From Patescibacteria group bacterium (GTDB lineage Bacteria > Patescibacteriota > Patescibacteriia > Magasanikbacterales > GWA2-37-8): 64,000 nt of DNA. Positions 61,308-64,000 of this stretch are shown here, in pieces; positions within the stretch are counted from its first letter, which is position 1, and every line of letters begins with the position of its first letter. A model generated the notes under the pieces. That model was not told the DNA's origin. It saw only the letters and a program-made list of their open reading frames with translations, and did not search any database. A program made the position numbers and the translations under genes. The DNA lies in contig JBAZNA010000001.1 in assembly GCA_041649475.1 (NCBI GenBank), positions 878,594 to 942,593 of the forward strand, in the 5' to 3' direction.

Positions 61308-62246
61308 ATGTTGGATCTAATAATTATCGGCTCGGCGGCGGCCGGAAGCAGCGCGGCCATTTATGCGGCCAGAAGAAAATTAAATTTCAAGGTTATCACC
61401 TATGATTTGGGCGGTGAAGTCGCCTTATCCGGCGAAGTCAATAACTGGCCGGGAATTTTGAGTATTCAGGGGTATGAATTGGCCCAAAAATTTAATGAAC
61501 ACGTGAAGGCCTATGGGGTTGAAATTGAAGACGGCTGGAAAGTAGAAAAAATTACGCCGGAAAAAAAGTATTATAAGGTTGTTGCCAAAAATGCGCGGGG
61601 TGAAGAAAGGGTTTATGAAACCAAATCCATAATTGTGGCCACTGGCATTCATCCGCGGCATCTGGAAGTGCCGGGTGAAAAAGAATTTTATCAAAAAGGC
61701 GTGACCTATTGCACGGTTTGCGACGGACCGCTGTTTAAAGGCAAGACCACAGCCACAGTCGGCTCCGGAAATAGCGCTTTGGAATCGGCTCTGATGATGA
61801 CTCACATTGCTAAAAAGGTTTATCTTATCAGTAAATTTCCCAATACGCCCGAAACCAACGGCGGCTTCCCCAAGGGTGAGGCAATTTTGATTGAAAAAGT
61901 GAAACAACTGCCGAATGTAGAAATAATCTATGCGGCCCAGACCACCGCAATACTCGGAGACGGCAAAGTTAATGGGTTGAAATATAAAACCGAAGACGGC
62001 CAACAGCAAATTGAGGTTGAGGGTGTAATGGTGCACATCGGCCAAATACCAAATTCACAATTTATTGACGCCAAAAAAAATAAAATCGGCGAACTTATTA
62101 TTGATGAAAAATGCCGCACCAACCTGCCCGGAATCTTTGCCGCCGGCGACGTCACCAACATCCCCTACAAGCAAATCGGCATCTCCACCGGCCAAGGGAT
62201 TATTGCCGCGCTGGCCGTAATAGAGTATATTAACAGGTGGAGCTAG
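61308..62246 (+). CDS. trxB: Thioredoxin reductase
   Basis: GSAAAGSSAAIY FAD motif; CTVCDG redox CxxC; GAGD NADPH site. Confidence 0.85.
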   Translation: MLDLIIIGSAAAGSSAAIYAARRKLNFKVITYDLGGEVALSGEVNNWPGILSIQGYELAQKFNEHVKAYGVEIEDGWKVEKITPEKKYYKVVAKNARGEERVYETKSIIVATGIHPRHLEVPGEKEFYQKGVTYCTVCDGPLFKGKTTATVGSGNSALESALMMTHIAKKVYLISKFPNTPETNGGFPKGEAILIEKVKQLPNVEIIYAAQTTAILGDGKVNGLKYKTEDGQQQIEVEGVMVHIGQIPNSQFIDAKKNKIGELIIDEKCRTNLPGIFAAGDVTNIPYKQIGISTGQGIIAALAVIEYINRWS

Positions 62247-62272
62247 CGAAATAATTCTTAATTTACCCAAAT

Positions 62273-62587
62273 ATGCCTCTTGGTTCAATTTTTCCAACTT
62301 TACCTTGGCCGCTTTTGGACATAATTATGAACGTGGTGGCCGCGCTGGGCGCAATCTTGCTCACCTATGCTATTTTTTTGGAAGCTGAACGCCGGCAAGA
62401 CGCAATTTTTGTAGTCGGTTCCGCTTGTCTTCTGGTTTACGCTTTGTGGATTGGAAATAAAATTTTTTCCGTGGCCATGGCCGGAATCATGCTCGCCAGT
62501 TTTATTGAACTGATTGAAATTATGACCGGCAGACACGTACACAGTGTAGATATGGTTGAATCATATAAAAATCCTAAGGGTAAATGA
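62273..62587 (+). CDS. Small membrane protein
   Basis: 104 aa; three predicted transmembrane helices. Confidence 0.35.
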   Translation: MPLGSIFPTLPWPLLDIIMNVVAALGAILLTYAIFLEAERRQDAIFVVGSACLLVYALWIGNKIFSVAMAGIMLASFIELIEIMTGRHVHSVDMVESYKNPKGK

Positions 62588-62588
62588 T

Positions 62589-63572
62589 ATGTATAATGTC
62601 ATCGCTATTGGGGACGCGGTTTTAGATACGCATGTTTTAATTGACGATGCCTCGGTTGAATGTAATATTGACGGCAAAAATTGCCGTCTTTGTTTGGATT
62701 ATGCCAGTAAAATTCCGATCGCCGACAGCTTTCAGGCGCTGGGTGGAAACGCGGCCAATGTCGCGGTTGGCGCAGCCAAACTGGGGCTTGAAACTGCAAT
62801 TGTGAGCTCTATTGGCAAAGACGGAAATGGAAAAATAATTTTGGATGATTTAAAAAAGAGCGGCGTTATCACCGATTTGATTTATACAGACGAAAAAATA
62901 AAAACCAGATATTCAATTGTTTTAAATTTCAAAGGCGAACGGACGATTTTGTCATACCATCAAAAAAGACAATATGTTTGGCCGGAAGCCGTGCCAAAAA
63001 CCGACTGGGTTTATTACACCAGCTTGAGCGAGGGTTTTGAGCCACTTCAGGAAAAATTGATAAATTTTTTAAACAAACATGAAAGCGTACGTCTGGCCTA
63101 TAATCCGGGCTCATTTCAGTTAAAATATTCCTTGGTTTCCGTTAAAGAAATTCTGCCGCAGGCGCAAATTTTGATTTTAAATCTGGAAGAAGCGGAAACG
63201 GTTTTGAACACAACAATTGAAAAAGAAAAAAGCGTTTCCGCTCTGATACATAAATTACTGCTAACCGGCGCCAAAGAAGTGGCAATTACCGACGGAAAAA
63301 ACGGCGCCTGGGCCGGAGACGAAGAGGATGTTTGGTACTTGAAAAGTTTCCCGGTTGAAGTGATTTCCAAAACCGGAGCCGGAGATGCTTTCTCCGCCGG
63401 ATACCTGGCGGCCAGAATAAATGATCATGATATCAGTACGGCTCTAAGTTGGGGCATTGCCAACAGTTGCAGTGTCATCACCTCGCATGGATCGCAAAAA
63501 ACTCTGCTGGATAAAAACGGCATCAAAAAAATGCTGACCAAATACAGCCAGATAAAATCTAAAACGGTTTAA
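62589..63572 (+). CDS. PfkB-family carbohydrate kinase
   Basis: GGNAANVAVG and GAGDAFSAGYL motifs. Confidence 0.8.
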   Translation: MYNVIAIGDAVLDTHVLIDDASVECNIDGKNCRLCLDYASKIPIADSFQALGGNAANVAVGAAKLGLETAIVSSIGKDGNGKIILDDLKKSGVITDLIYTDEKIKTRYSIVLNFKGERTILSYHQKRQYVWPEAVPKTDWVYYTSLSEGFEPLQEKLINFLNKHESVRLAYNPGSFQLKYSLVSVKEILPQAQILILNLEEAETVLNTTIEKEKSVSALIHKLLLTGAKEVAITDGKNGAWAGDEEDVWYLKSFPVEVISKTGAGDAFSAGYLAARINDHDISTALSWGIANSCSVITSHGSQKTLLDKNGIKKMLTKYSQIKSKTV

Positions 63573-63969
63573 ATCCGGTTTTAAGTAAATTATCTAACGG
63601 TTGAAATAGTGGGCCGGGCAGATTTTCAAATTCAAACCATCCTACTTGTTCAGTCCAATCCGGTTCCATCACTTTAGCTTCACCGGAGTCATATTCTGAA
63701 ACCACAAAAATGGTTACATAATGTTTATCCTCCTTCATATAAACATCGTTGGTAAACGGCCCGATTTTTATATTCTTTATCTTCACTCCCACTTCCTCCA
63801 TTGTTTCCCTAATCGCGCAGTCCTCAATTGATTCGCCAAATTCCAAATGTCCTCCTGCCAAAGCCCAGGTGCCATCTCCGGCCGTTCCTTTTCTTTTTTG
63901 CATTAAAATTTTATTCCCGTTGATAATAAACACACCCACTCCTACTTTGGGTCTTTTTTCTGTATCCAT
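63559..63969 (-). CDS. NUDIX hydrolase
   Basis: Nudix box GHLEFGESIEDCAIRETMEEVG. Confidence 0.8.
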   Translation of the reverse strand: MDTEKRPKVGVGVFIINGNKILMQKRKGTAGDGTWALAGGHLEFGESIEDCAIRETMEEVGVKIKNIKIGPFTNDVYMKEDKHYVTIFVVSEYDSGEAKVMEPDWTEQVGWFEFENLPGPLFQPLDNLLKTGFKPF

Positions 63970-64000
63970 AGAAGTTTAGTTATACAAATCAATTTGCAAC

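Overview
This 64 kb window looks like a small, AT-rich (roughly 40% GC) bacterial genome of Candidate Phyla Radiation / Patescibacteria type. The evidence is the ribosomal-protein operon with S5 running directly into L15 (no L30), unusual tails on S19, L23, L24 and L3, tiny intergenic gaps with overlapping starts and stops, and several genes that lack usual domains.

Housekeeping content:
- Minus strand, about 860-16350: AsnRS, RecO, RuvX, Map, Adk, SecY, L15, S5, L18, L6, S8, S14 (Zn type), L5, L24, L14, S17, L29, L16, S3, L22, S19, L2, L23, L4, L3, S10, EF-Tu.
- Minus strand, about 19200-22220: EF-G, S7, S12.
- Elsewhere: a UvrD-like helicase, Tgt, TrpRS, ProRS, tRNA-Asn(GTT), RadC, L1, a barrel-only pyruvate kinase, a dTMP-synthesis block (dCMP deaminase, a T4-gp1-like dNMP kinase, ThyA, DHFR, Tmk), GatB, RuvA, a CHASE2 adenylate cyclase next to a FecR-domain protein, a Nif3-family protein, IleRS (eukaryote-like KMSKR motif), RpiB, Rpe, TrxB, a PfkB kinase and a NUDIX hydrolase.

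The feature I think most deserves a second look is a dispersed family of about nine GC-rich (around 58-62% GC) segments inserted between core genes. Each is packaged as its own expression unit: an upstream insulating hairpin, a near-consensus sigma70 promoter (TTGACA, 17 bp, TATNNT), a strong AGGAGG ribosome-binding site (rare on the native genes here) and an intrinsic terminator. Their payloads are small Cys-rich or Gly/Pro-rich secreted proteins, a Prs/PRPP-synthetase homologue with a long N-terminal extension, and at least three heavily structured, apparently non-coding RNAs (about 200-752 minus, 18815-19165 plus, 55665-56415 minus). The segments share short motifs (GCGAAC/GTTCGC palindromes, a CCGCGAACGG(A/C)AACA core, and an 87 bp near-identical 3' repeat pair R1/R2), which suggests a common origin.

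Second, the tRNA-Asn locus looks like an integration hotspot. A duplicated tRNA 3' end (an att-like remnant) is followed by a lower-GC island carrying a translationally coupled ABC-type ATPase plus a small TOPRIM-like (DUF4276/RloB-like) protein. This is a split OLD-family-like candidate anti-phage pair, with a third unknown gene behind it, and the GC-rich cassettes follow.

Third, a conserved module of about 80 nt (motif B, a hairpin, motif A ending in ATG) sits immediately upstream of proS, of the trpS operon, and of a 28-codon ORF that abuts a GC cassette. The hairpin sequence differs between copies but stays self-complementary, which points to a selected cis-regulatory structure.

I found no CRISPR array and no rRNA. 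All functional calls come from reading the supplied translations and the DNA; no searches were run.
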